Of a stretch of DNA of 64,000 nt, positions 25,393-39,594 are shown piece by piece. Position numbers and translations under genes: made by a program. The notes under the pieces were generated by a model. The model searched no databases. It was given only the letters and a program-made list of their open reading frames with translations, and was not told the DNA's origin. Each line of letters starts with the position of its first letter. The stretch's first letter is position 1. This stretch comes from Octopus sinensis (taxonomy: Eukaryota): positions 19,654,001-19,718,000 of the forward strand of contig NC_043009.1 of NCBI RefSeq assembly GCF_006345805.1, read 5' to 3'.

Positions 25393-25805
25393 CTTTTATA
25401 CAAACACAAGTCTCTGTTTCTGTCAATTTGAATGGCCGTCGACATGGTTGCTTGACAAGTTCTTGTCCACATTTAACATTCATTACTTTTAACTTAATCA
25501 AGCAGGACATGATACATAGTAGAAAGAAGACCTTGTCTCTATTAATGTCATGTGTACTTTTTACTTTTTTTTTGTCGTCTAGACAACATGTCTGCCCTAA
25601 CTCGTCCTTCCATTTCTTTCTTTGCTATCTTAACATCTACGATGAACAGTTCCGTGTTAGAAAATCCATATTTCGACTGAATGTCTGATTCTAAAGAAAA
25701 CACAATTATTGCGGTTCTATTTTTATTACATTAAATCTATATCTTCTGTTGTTATATATCTATTTGGTGAGCATGATTCAAAGTCATAGATTAGACAGCA
25801 TATAT

Positions 25806-25841
<36 letters not shown>

Positions 25842-25866
25842 GCACACACATGTATATGCATATATA

Positions 25867-25938
<72 letters not shown>

Positions 25939-25996
25939 TATATATACATACATACATACATACATACATACATACATACATACATGGTGGTGGCTA

Positions 25997-26534
25997 CCCC
26001 CTCGTTATCGAGTATGGCCATTGCACGAAGCTTAATCAATGTTGTTATCGTGCAATGCCTGTGCAAGAAGATTATTTTTAAAGTGAGGAAAGGCTGTGCA
26101 CTGAGTCAATCCCACTCACTAAGCAACAGCAGCCATAATCCGAAAAGAAGAACAAGTCAACACCATCGGTAACCACTGAGCCACAGGTTTTATGTCGGAG
26201 TTATCCCAGTTACCTGAGTTACCTTCTCCTAGAAGGATGCCCTAACAAAGGCTAGGAGCCCTTCACTCCCAATGGTTTAACAGCGCGATCGGGTATTCAG
26301 TCCGATTATTTCTGTCCCCGTGCATGATACAGCCTTAAGACATTTATTTGATGACCGTTGACTCTCAAGAGTTCCTCCGCCCTTTGACGGGTTTTGTTTT
26401 TCATCCCGTAGGGTGTCCAATAAACACCCTCCACACCAAGCAAGGTTGGTGGGGTTGCCGGTTTAGTCGCCGACGACCCGACCATGCAACAGGTTGTACT
26501 GGGTTACATGTTACCAGTAGCACTCGAAAGTGAC
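25997..26534 (-). mobile_element. non-coding interspersed repeat, probably the 5' region of an RTE-type LINE or a derivative
   Basis: GC-richer block between (CATA)n arrays ending TTTAGTCGCCGACGACCCGACCATGCAACAGG; the RTE assignment is from memory and there is no coding motif. Confidence 0.35.
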
Positions 26535-26789
26535 ATGACATACATACCTACATACATACCTATATACATACACACATACATACATACATACATACATACA
26601 TACATACATACATACATACATACATACATACATACATTCCGAATTTGCGTAAATGTGTGTAGAATAATACATCTGTTGAATAAAGTTAAAACATAGTCTG
26701 ATTTTCACGTTTTTTACTATAGTATTTAAAAGAAAATTTTTTTTTTTACAATATTGAAGTGTGTTAAATATGAAAAAATATTTTGTAAT

Positions 26790-28075
26790 GTTCATAAACA
26801 TAGAGAAGCAATCTTTAGTAGATTTACTGTAACTTTCATACTAGACGCGGTCAGTCTCATCCTCGAAAACAATACATTCCTTTTCAACGGAAAAAATCCC
26901 TCCAAATTCGAGGCACAGCTATGGGGACACAATTTACTCCAGTTTTCGCGAACTCAGTATTGGTATACTAGGAACAAAACCTATATTTAAAACATGGAAG
27001 ACAACTACGGCATGACCTTTAGAAGACATATAGGGGACACATGGAAAAGATACATTGATGATTGTTTCCTAATTTGGACCAAATCCCTAGAAAATCTGGA
27101 ATTATTCAGCACCCTCCTCAACAATCTACATCCTAGTCTCAAATTCACAAGAGAAATAAGCAAACATACAATTACCATTTCTTGACATAATGATAATTAA
27201 ATACAATCACAACTGATATTTATTACAAAAGCACACACACCATTACCTAAATTTCAAATCCTGCCACCTAGCACACACAAAATGCAACATCCCATACTGT
27301 TTAGCCAGGAAAATTTGTACTGTAATCGATGATCCAAATACCAGAAACACACGACTTATAGAACTCAAAGGATTTCTGCTCAAGCAAAATTATTCTCGCT
27401 CCTACTTATAGAAAAAAAGCATAGAACGAGTAAAAGAGACACATAAAGAACAACTTAGGGAAACATGAGAAAGACGAACCCTTCAAAGGAACATTTCTAG
27501 TAACATACAATTCGCATCACCAAAACATTCTTAACATCATCAAAACAAATCTGCCAATCATGAAACAAAGTGAAAAATTAAAAAATATAACTAATCAAAC
27601 ACTTATCTCAAGCAAAAGGCAAACAACATAACCTAAAGAAATTAAGAAAGGCAAAATTAAATATGACCAAACACGATAAACCGTTCACAATACCCAAAAG
27701 TAATGATAAGAGATATGGAACGTGTCACTACATGTATACTGGTAGATCCATTAGAACAAAAAAATGGACAGATTTTCACAAATGCAGATATGAACTGCAG
27801 AAGCAGAAATTTCATCTATTGCATTAAATGCCCTACTTGCGAGGAACTATACATTGGCAAGACAGGGACTGTATTATTGGAATGCTCATGAGCTCACAGA
27901 CAACAAATCCCGAACACTAATGTTTTCCAAATTCCATTGAGCAAACATATAGAAACATGTGGTCAGAAAATGTTTCTAATTCTTCCTTTCCACAAACTAC
28001 AAGAACAAATGAGGTTGGAAAAAAGATAAAAGAAAAACGTTTTATTAAAATATTCAAACCTGTTCTGAATGGAAA
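26790..28075 (+). pseudogene. decayed Penelope-like element (RT + GIY-YIG endonuclease)
   Basis: ILENNTFLFNG, GTAMGT, WKRYIDDCFLIW, LNNLHPSLKFT, PFLDI, TDIYYK, IYCIKCPTCEELYIGKTG (GIY-YIG), FIKIFKPVLN; multiple frameshifts. Confidence 0.9.
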
Positions 28076-28529
28076 TAATAACAATACTATAATAACCAGT
28101 TAATGATGTGGATTAAAAAATATCTTTAACAAATGAATATAAACAAATTACAGAAGACTCCCACCGATGGAAATAAAAACGATCGAAACTAAGTTTGCTC
28201 ACTCATAAAACCATTACATGTAAACCGCAGGCTAATTGGTTAAAATAAAGGCAGTAATATCTGTGACGTTTAAGATGCATACGGATTGATCAAAACCGTA
28301 TTCCGAAAATTCAGCTCGTTGGTGCCTTTTAAGAGGTATGAAAAAGAAGAAGTCAGTCATTTTACTACAGTTGTCAAGAACTCAACTGTCAGTTAAAGAC
28401 ATTTTGAAATCTCATGATTACTACGAACTATTTGCTATAATGTCTTGATGGTCACTACATAGAACATTTCTAAAAGCTGAATCATTGATTTGTTGCTTAT
28501 GTACCCTAACCCAGTGTATTAATTTTGAT

Positions 28530-28760
28530 CCAGTTTAGACTACTCTCTTGTTGCTCACACGTGACCATCGTCCATCTTTCTTTTCCTCATGTGATCATCA
28601 TTCTTTTCCTTCAGTCTGTCGCACAGACCAGACGCATTCTTATCAGTCTCCTCTGCTATCTTTTCTCTTGTCAAAGACTATTCCTCCAGCGTTCGCTACC
28701 TTACCCCTTCTGGTCAAACAGCCCTCCATGTATGTTTTCGTTTGCTTTGTTGTATATCTT
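28530..28760 (-). pseudogene. possible degenerate RTE-type LINE C-terminal fragment
   Basis: Faint similarity on the minus strand (KI....LR..GHV.R.DD.RW-like pattern). Confidence 0.25.
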
Positions 28761-29170
28761 CACTGTCCAAATTTATTTTGATTTGCGGGAGCAACTGTTC
28801 CTCGAAGCCTCATATTGTCGTTAATTGCTCGCAATGTGGAGTAGATGAACAGCTGACAACAGATGAAGGGTCGTTCTTTATGTTACTTATCTTGTTTTTC
28901 ATTTGTTTCTCTCGTTGTTCGCATATCCAAGTTTGCCTTCGTATTTCATGTTGTTTTCGTCTTTCATGTTGTTTACGGTTTCTGACATCCTGTACCCTTA
29001 TATGCATATATATATATATATATATATACATATATATGTAAGAATGTACATATATGTATGTATATATGCATAAATATATATGTGTATGTAAGTATGTATG
29101 TATGTATGTATGTATGTATGTATGTATGTATGTATGTATGTATGTATGTATCTATCTATCTATCAATCAC

Positions 29171-29201
<31 letters not shown>

Positions 29202-29579
29202 ATCTATCTATCTATATTTATATAAAGATTTCGATTCCCAGTTGCACTTCCTTCCCGCCTACATCACTATGTACCATTAGAAAATGCATAGAAGTCACCT
29301 GCAGCTCATAAACCCGTCGTAATACATGGCTTCTTGCTTATAAGATCAGCCGCAATGAATAACTTGGAGAAAGCTGGACTGTAGTGATGACTTGCTCTCT
29401 ACAACACACCCCATGAAAGTCTTCAGTAAATTTAGGGTAAAATCCATGACCCACTGAAATTGGTGGAGGTGTGTCGGAGTAACAATGCTAATAACACCCA
29501 AGGGACTTTGTCGGGGTCAATAAATTTTGTTAATTTAGTAAAGAATGGAAATATGGTGAACGTTGGATAAAATATCGTG

Positions 29580-29725
29580 CTGTATTGGTTTCAGATCTGT
29601 GCCTTCTGAATTCAAATTCCAGCGAGATCAACTTTGCCTTTTACTCTTCCAGGGTCTATAAAATAATGTACCCGCCCAGGGTAGTAGCTTGGTGGAATTG
29701 GTAGAGTATTGGACGAATATTTTGA
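29580..29725 (+). mobile_element. degenerate SINE family B fragments
   Basis: TTCTGAATTCAAATTCCAGCGAGATCAACTTTGCCTTTTACTCTTCCAGGGTCTATAAAAT, followed by a second head-like GCTTGGTGGAATTGGTAG. Confidence 0.55.
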
Positions 29726-30442
29726 AGTTACTGGAGTTTCATCAATGATAAGGTATTGTGAAGAGTTGACGTGGTCCCTAATAAAGAAAAGTAAGACTTT
29801 ATAAGCTCATAAACCTAATACAGTGTGAGTGGACCCTGAGGACCCAAAGCATTTGGGGTGTGGCAGCGTTTTTATTGATGTTATTTCAAGGAGTGATGAC
29901 CGAGATCCAAATGGATTCCAGTATAACATCCCAAACATTGGTTATGGTAGAAAATGTATTTTGAAGAATGTAATAAACAACTTTTACAATATAACATAGG
30001 CTTTGTGTAGTTGAACTTAATAAATGAAATATTGAACGGAGATAGTTTCGGGAATATTAGAGATATATTTAAACTACAATAGAATTTTGTTAGAACATGA
30101 TATACCATGCTAAAAGGCCATTCTTAGTTTTTATACTTCGATAAGATTATACACCTTAAATACGATAAGATTATACACCTTAAATACGATGGAGTTTGCT
30201 TGTTCTTAAAACCACTTCCGCCGAGAACATCGTCAAATCTCTTGTAGAAACAATTTGAAATTTCAATAGTTCAAATATTACAGTTTCCTTTACCTCTAAC
30301 AAAAAAAAAAAAAAAAAACCAAGATTCTTATTTTTATGAGAAGCAAACTTTTTTTTGTTTTGTTTATTCTAATCAAAAAGCATAAAATACACAGAAACAA
30401 ATTTTTAGTTTTCAGTGCTGAACGCAACAGATCAAAGCAACA

Positions 30443-30509
<67 letters not shown>

Positions 30510-31059
30510 TACTACTACTACTAATAATAATAATAATACACAAATACTTTTGGTGGACCAGTTCTAAAGTTCTTTTTCAAAAACAACTTGAAGCAAGTAT
30601 TTTGAAGCTGACCAAACAACAATGAACGTCTAAATCCGTCTTTATCCGGTGCCGCTGCACACATACTGTGATGTTATATGCTTGCTTCGCATTCTTTAAA
30701 TTTGCTCTCTAGTGTAAACTGAAGAGCCATTCTGATAAAGCAGTTTTCTCATACTCAGATCTCGTTACTCAAATCAAAAACACATGTCTTCGTCTCATCT
30801 AATGACGAAAATCTAAACATCGTACTGTAGAAACTTGTAAACAGAAACAAAGTTAAGCAAACGATATAAAAAAAAGAATTAAAACTAAAAATGATTATTA
30901 TATCCTTTATTAATCAGGTTTATCATTTTTTTTTTCAAACTAAGAAAAGTTTAAAATGTCTCAAAATATTCTGTTTTATCTTAAATTGGAGCTGGATTTT
31001 TAAAACATAAACGTGTGATGGACGGTTAGCAGCATCTTTGATAATATGGCGGGATCTTT

Positions 31060-31200
31060 TCTAATCACCCCACGACTAGGAACCAGAGACGCATAGAATA
31101 CCTTGTGGTGTTTAGTTACAACTCTGTTTTAAGTTTATAATACAGCCGAGGTGTACTTGTGTTTCCATCCTTCTGGTATCGATAAAATATATACAGGTTT
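31060..31200 (+). mobile_element. degenerate SINE family B fragment
   Basis: CAGCCGAGGTGTACTTGTGTTTCCATCCTTCTGGTATCGATAAAAT. Confidence 0.45.
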
Positions 31201-31233
31201 GTAAGGGTGGTTTGATACTACGCAAATAATTAC

Positions 31234-31329
<96 letters not shown>

Positions 31330-31374
31330 GTCTGTCTGTCTGTCTGTCTGCCTGTCTGCCTGCCTGCCTGTCTG

Positions 31375-31433
<59 letters not shown>

Positions 31434-31446
31434 ATCTATCTATCTA
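31234..31446. repeat. (CTAT)n/(CTGT)n array, 5' flank of the Tx1 element
   Basis: Read directly. Confidence 0.97.
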
Positions 31447-34400
31447 AAGGCGACCTGTTAAATGACATCAAGTCACTAAATCTGAATATCATAGCCATCA
31501 GTGAGACCAGACTCCACAGCTTGCGGGCACTCCAGCACATTTTCGGTACACATTTCAACATTTATTTTTCTCCGTGTCTACCGAGAATGGGCGGAGGTGG
31601 CACCGCGGTGCTTATCCGGAAGAGTCTGGATCTCAAAGTAAGAGCAAATTTCCTAGACCCGGAGGGTAGGCTGGTCGTTTTGGATGTCGATGGCAGCAAT
31701 GAGTGTGCTTTTCGACTGATAGCAGTTTATGCTCCGTCCTTAACAGGCCGACCAGATTTCTTTCGACGTCTAGAGTCTTTCATGGGAACGTCTCGTCCTT
31801 TACTTTTAGTGGGGGATTGGAATGCCACCCTGGACACGCATCTAGACTACGTGGGCAGAGATAGCAATAGAAGGGGATGCAAATGCCTCAAAGACCTGCT
31901 CAGACGTTTCCAACTGTCTGACAGGTACCGACTGGACCACCCGAATGTGCCAATGTGGACATGGAGTAACCGCATCGGGTCGTCCAGATCATACTTAGAT
32001 AGAGTATTCTGTAGGACAATAGATAAAAATAGTGTAGGTTGTCCACAATTTCATATAGTCAGTTACACAGATCACAAGTTTGTGACTTGTACACTTGACT
32101 TAGATAAGACACATAGGCAGGGTCCTGGTTACTGGAAACTGAACGCGTCTTTTACAGCACGACAGGTTTACAGGGACCGGATCAGCACATTAGTTAAGAG
32201 AGCTTTGACGGGTACCATCATCAACAACAGATGGTGGTATGCCCTAAAAAAAGCGATTAAAGCAGAATCAGTCAGATACAGTAGAGCCCTAGCATTAGAC
32301 CGAAATAGAATAGAGGGAGATTTAGTTAAGGTTTTAGAAGAGGCACTTAGAACTGGCATCGCGTCCAACGTACTGGCGGCGAGATTGGCCCTCGACCAAC
32401 ACCTCAACGCCAAACACGAAGGATGCGTTGTCAGAGCTAGGATGCGTGCTCTGAGGAACGAAGGAGTTGGAGCCGCCCAAGAGGCCCGAGTGGTGGAGAC
32501 GCAACGAGGCAACAGAGCCACCATCAAGTCTCTTATAGATGAACAGGGGCGCGAATTGCTCGAGCCTAAAAGGATGTGTGGGGTTTTTCAACAACACTTC
32601 ACCCAACTGTTTGGGACAAGTGGTGAGTCAGAAAGCAGAGTGGACTTTAGTGCCTACCTGCATGCCTTGCCACGACTCTCAGCAAGGGAGGTGGAGTCTT
32701 GTGAAAAGCCTATCACAGCTGCGGACGTACAGGATGCGATGGTAGGCTGCGCGAGAGACAAGTCACCAGGCTTGGATGGTCTGCCCTACGAATTTTATTT
32801 TCATATGCCAGACTTGTTTGGAGGCGTCTTGGCAGCTGTCTACTGCAACTGGCAGCAGAACGGGAGTATTCCTGCTTTTGTAAAGCGAGGAGCAGTGGCA
32901 CTGATCAAGAAAGACCCAAACAAGGGGGACGTCATAGATAATTTCAGGCCCATCACTCTGCTCAACGCAGATTTGAAAATTTTGGCCAAGGTGTTAGCCG
33001 AGAGGTTGGCGCTTGTCATCAAGAAACTAATCGACAAGGCGCAAACATGCGCCGTGCCGGGTAGAAGTATTCATGACAACCTCCATCTGATGCGCTACAT
33101 CATAGACAGGGTAGTTAAAAATCCTGGCATGGGTGGGGCGCTGATCAATTTGGATCAATCAAAAGCCTTCGATAGGGTAGACCATCACTACTTGGAGGCT
33201 GTCCTCAAAGCGGCTGGTTTCGGTCCAGTTTTCCGCGGTTGGATCGCTGCCTTATACAGCGGCATCCGCTCAGTAGTTCGCGTAAATGGTCATCTATCCA
33301 GACCTTTTAACATCATGCGTTCGGTTCGTCAGGGATGCCCCCTCTCATCGCTGCTGTATGTACTGACTCTTGAGCCACTACTGCGGAAACTGGCGACGCT
33401 GAGGGGCATCCCACGAGAGCTGGGATGCGGGAGGAGCGTGTCTGCATACGCGGATGACGTCACCGTCATAGTGTCGAGCTACGAACACATCGAGCTGGTC
33501 GGCGAGACACTGAAAGAATACGAAGCGGTAACGGGAGCAAAAATTAACCGGGAAAAGTCAGTGGGCTTGCGGCTCGGCACCTGGAGAAGCAAGCCCATGC
33601 CGTCCAACAGCGTCTCCATCGTGGGACGCTGGACGGACGGACCGGTTAAATTGCTCGGGGTCTGGTTCGGTCCGGACCTCCAAATGGAGAAGAACTGGGG
33701 CGAGATAACGACTAGGGTGGCTACTCTCACCCAGAAATGGACTGAGAGAAAGCTATCCCTAAAAGGTCGGGCGGAGGTGGCGAACGCGTACATCGCATCC
33801 GTCATCGAGTATCGTCTGACCGTCGTGCCTTGTCCCGACCCTACCATCACCAAACTGGAACGCATACTCTTCCGCTTCTTGTGGAAGGGAAACGTTCCGA
33901 TGGTTAGGCGATCCATTTGCTGCCAACACCCGCTAAATGGAGGGCTGGGCATGCCGTGGTTGATGATGCGCAGACATGCGCTGAGACTGCGACATCTCCG
34001 GCGCTTCATAGACAACGGTGAACAGGGGTGGTCGCCTTTTGTGCGGCGCGCTTTCCCGCAGCTCGTCTCCTTGGACGAACTACAGTCATGGATCAAGCAG
34101 AGACCGAGGCTAGGCGAATGGCACCGCGAGTGTCGCGTTGCTCTCAAGCAACTCTGCCGTCCGGGATCGAACTTGTGCGACTCCATCACAACAAAGGCAT
34201 TCTATAGAGGATTAGTGGAGGGGAGGTGCGACGACGAACCCGGGCAGAGTCTGGGCGTCGACGAGGAACACCTGACCCGCCTGTTCAGGACAACTTTCGG
34301 GCCGGGACCTATGAACAATCACCAAAGATCCCTGGCCTGGCAGTGCTATCGAGAAGCATTACCTGTTCGGGATAAGCTCTACAGACACGGTTCCAGACAC

Positions 34401-35137
34401 ACTGGACCGACTTGCCCGAGATGCGGTCAGAGCGACGAAACCGTTCTGCACGCACTCGTGCAATGTCCAACCATTTCCGACCTGTGGGCTTATGCCGAAC
34501 GGCTGCTGTCACGTGTGGGACGAATCCGCCTATCGGCCGAGTCTATCGTGAGAATTGCTCCGCCCCCTTCCCTCAACCGGGAAGGCAAGGCAGTTTTCAT
34601 CGTACTGGTGGCCATGGTGAAAGAATGTGTGTGGTGGACTCGAGCGAAAGGATTAGAGACAAACACTTACCTCTCTGGCCAATCGCTCATCAACTTTTTC
34701 AAGTACCACTTGAAAAGGAAGGTGAGAATGGAGAGGGAAGTTTTGTCTCGCGAAAGATTCAAAAAAAGATGGGTGAATGTTGCAAAGATGGTGCGTGCTA
34801 GTAACGAAACCATTTTGAGCATGATCCTGTAGATCGTAAAAAAGAAAGAAAGAGAGCATTTTTGACCTCATGTGTTTATTTCCTCCCTGACTGGGGTTCC
34901 CGTGGTCTTTTCTGTAGGCTTTTCTTCCCACGGATGAACCCAATCTTGTTATATCAATGTTTACACCATTATTTCTGTGATACACGATTTTCCTTTTTTT
35001 TTCCTTTTTTTTCCTCCTCTCGATCCCTTTTGATCGCAATCTTACATTTTTTATTTTTTTCCACCCTCGAAAAGAAAAGCTCTGCATTTGTATTTGTCCC
35101 CTCTGTATTCAGCCCTGTGTGGCTAATAAAAGAAAGT
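31447..35137 (+). mobile_element. Tx1-clade (L1 group) non-LTR retrotransposon, 5'-truncated, with 3' UTR
   Basis: ORF2 plus ~300-bp T-rich 3' UTR ending CAGCCCTGTGTGGCTAATAAAAGAAAGT; no ORF1 and no poly(A); (CTAT)n on both sides. Confidence 0.92.
31449..34832 (+). CDS. Tx1-type ORF2 polyprotein (APE endonuclease, reverse transcriptase, C-terminal zinc finger), N-terminally truncated
   Basis: Stop-free frame. The ORF track calls 31521-34832 (1103 aa) from a TTG; the frame continues upstream through [22 protein letters not shown]. Motifs: VYAP, GDWNA, LDRVF, TDH; [44 protein letters not shown]; [15 protein letters not shown]. Confidence 0.95.
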   Translation, partial: GDLLNDIKSLNLNIIAISETRLHSLRALQHIFGTHFNIYFSPCLPRMGGGGTAVLIRKSLDLKVRANFLDPEGRLVVLDVDGSNECAFRLIAVYAPSLTGRPDFFRRLESFMGTSRPLLLVGDWNATLDTHLDYVGRDSNRRGCKCLKDLLRRFQLSDRYRLDHPNVPMWTWSNRIGSSRSYLDRVFCRTIDKNSVGCPQFHIVSYTDHKFVTCTLDLDKTHRQGPGYWKLNASFTARQVYRDRISTLVKRALTGTIINNRWWYALKKAIKAESVRYSRALALDRNRIEGDLVKVLEEALRTGIASNVLAARLALDQHLNAKHEGCVVRARMRALRNEGVGAAQEARVVETQRGNRATIKSLIDEQGRELLEPKRMCGVFQQHFTQLFGTSGESESRVDFSAYLHALPRLSAREVESCEKPITAADVQDAMVGCARDKSPGLDGLPYEFYFHMPDLFGGVLAAVYCNWQQNGSIPAFVKRGAVALIKKDPNKGDVIDNFRPITLLNADLKILAKVLAERLALVIKKLIDKAQTCAVPGRSIHDNLHLMRYIIDRVVKNPGMGGALINLDQSKAFDRVDHHYLEAVLKAAGFGPVFRGWIAALYSGIRSVVRVNGHLSRPFNIMRSVRQGCPLSSLLYVLTLEPLLRKLATLRGIPRELGCGRSVSAYADDVTVIVSSYEHIELVGETLKEYEAVTGAKINREKSVGLRLGTWRSKPMPSNSVSIVGRWTDGPVKLLGVWFGPDLQMEKNWGEITTRVATLTQKWTERKLSLKGRAEVANAYIASVIEYRLTVVPCPDPTITKLERILFRFLWKGNVPMVRRSICCQHPLNGGLGMPWLMMRRHALRLRHLRRFIDNGEQGWSPFVRRAFPQLVSLDELQSWIKQRPRLGEWHRECRVALKQLCRPGSNLCDSITTKAFYRGLVEGRCDDEPGQSLGVDEEHLTRLFRTTFGPGPMNNHQRSLAWQCYREALPVRDKLYRHGSRHTGPTCPRCGQSDETVLHALVQCPTISDLWAYAERLLSRVGRIRLSAESIVRIAPPPSLNREGKAVFIVLVAMVKECVWWTRAKGLETNTYLSGQSLINFFKYHLKRKVRMEREVLSRERFKKRWVNVAKMVRASNETILSMIL

Positions 35138-35203
35138 TATCTATATATCTATCTATCTATCTATCTGTCTGTATGTCTGTCTATCAGTCTGTCTCTCTGT
35201 TGG

Positions 35204-35295
<92 letters not shown>

Positions 35296-35343
35296 ACTGT
35301 CTGTCTGTCTGTCTGTCTGTCTATCAGTCTGTCTCTCTGTTGG

Positions 35344-35438
<95 letters not shown>

Positions 35439-35490
35439 GTCTGTCTGTCTGTCTGTCTGCGTGTCTGTCTGTCTGCGTGTCTGTCAGTCT
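35138..35490. repeat. (CTAT)n/(CTGT)n array, 3' flank of the Tx1 element, containing a 140-bp duplication
   Basis: The marker CTATCAGTCTGTCTCTCTGTTGGTCTATC occurs at 35181 and 35321. Confidence 0.95.
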
Positions 35491-35899
35491 GTTTATGTGA
35501 GTATATAGACTAATAATTAACATCAAAGTGAAACGAAATAGAAAACGATTAATGGAAAGACATAGAATGCCTCTCGTCAGCCATGGTGTCTAGAATTAGC
35601 ATAGTTTCTGTGCACTGGGCAAACAAGTGTTAAAGATAAGACATTGTGGCTGGTCTAACCTCAGACGCATTCATTACAAGCTGCTTAATAAATAATGACC
35701 AATAAGTTAGAATATTTTGAGGTGCAGCAATTTTTCCCCATGATAAATGTGAAACTAAGTTGAATTCTTTATTAAAATTACACAAAACAAATATTTATGA
35801 AGACTTCTTGGCGCTACAATTGGGTTTGTTTCCGTAAATCGATGCGTGATTTATTTCATCAGCCTATGTATGTTTGTATCTATGTATCTATCTATGCGC

Positions 35900-35924
35900 G
35901 CGCGTATGTGTGTGTATTAATATA

Positions 35925-35993
<69 letters not shown>

Positions 35994-36023
35994 TATTATA
36001 TATATATATATATGTATATATGG

Positions 36024-36089
<66 letters not shown>

Positions 36090-36125
36090 TATATATACAT
36101 ACATACAAACACACGCGCGCGCGCA
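35900..36125. repeat. interrupted (TA)n microsatellite
   Basis: Read directly. Confidence 0.95.
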
Positions 36126-37129
36126 CGCACACATCTTTTCCTCCCGTTCCCCATGCCGGTACCGCGTCGGGTGATGTGTACCTCGTGATATTGTATGCAG
36201 CTGTAACCACTTCAACCAAAACACCAGCCATCTTGTTTTATTTCACTGCTCTCTCTCTCAACTTTGCTCTTTCCTTCACACATGGCAGCCATAGCCATGA
36301 TGAAGCATTTTCCGCACCCCCCACCCCACTTCTATAATATACACATATGATTTTAGTCTACTTTCATTGACCCCGATGAGTGAGATACATAAAACTAATG
36401 ATCTAGGTTCCCTTGAATTATATTTATAGTATATAATTTAATTATATAAGATTTATTAAAGCATATATCAAATTGTAGTTAAATACGCGCTAAATCTGAA
36501 AAATACATGCTGCCTAAAATAAGTAGAAACTATTTCATTGACGGCTTTGTGTGTCAGTGTTTATTACTGTGGCTTTCAGATAAGTTATCAGAAACTTCGA
36601 CTCGTTTTCTTTTCAACCGTCTCCATTACATATTTACCGTGAATAAACGATATTCTATGGTGTAATTCTAGAAAGGTATGTTCCACACCTTCAGATCAGG
36701 TAATATAGGGACAGCCACGAAATGTCGACGCCTATCGACATGCTACGTTGGCATTTAACAATCAGTTTTAACTCATATTTAGATATGCAGGGAGCCTTTC
36801 CTGCTTCAGCCATATCTTCCATTATAACTTACAACAGCAGTTCCAAGCCTTTTACCATCGTCATATTTTGCTAAAGCAATATCCAACATTCACCATTTTA
36901 AAAATATTAAAAGAAAATTCCTAAAATTGACAAAAGTGGACATTGATATTCTTCTTGATGAGGCGTTTCGTCATGGGTGTAGTGGATGTTGTAAAGAAGA
37001 CTAATATCTAAATATCTTTTATTTTATCTCATAACTGGCGAATTCTAGCGGAATTGAGCAACAGTTTCCAATGGCCAACCAATCACGTTTTTCTGCTTTT
37101 CATGTCTCGACCGCTCTTTGCTTCCGCAT

Positions 37130-39100
<1,971 letters not shown>

Positions 39101-39546
39101 TCTTAGAATTTTTCCATCATGGCTATCGCTATACTTACAGATAAATATACATACATAAACCCCCACATATATATACATATATATACATACACATGTATAC
39201 CGGATGACTTGATGTTGGATAAATTTCTCGTTCTATGCTTCTTCCCCCCTCGCTCTTCCCCCTCCTTTTATCACCCTCTTCTCCCTGCCGCACCCCCCCA
39301 TTTCCACTTTCACACCTATCTTGTTGCCCTCTTCATCATGAAGACAGACAAATGGTGAAAGGTGGTCCTTCTTCTACTGTAAGATCGTCAGAATGGGAGA
39401 ATGAAAGGAATTACAGAATATCAGAATGCCAGCATGTCAGATTGCCAGCATGTCAGTGTACCTTAACAGGCACGACATTCTATGGCTGAAAGAAAATAAT
39501 AATAATGATGATGATGATGATGATGATGATAATAATAATAATAATG

Positions 39547-39591
<45 letters not shown>

Positions 39592-39594
<3 letters not shown>

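Noticed and set aside
29384-29457. Box C (GTGATGA) and box D (CTGA) about 75 nt apart, snoRNA-like
   Set aside because: No terminal stem, no convincing C'/D' boxes and no recognisable rRNA antisense element.
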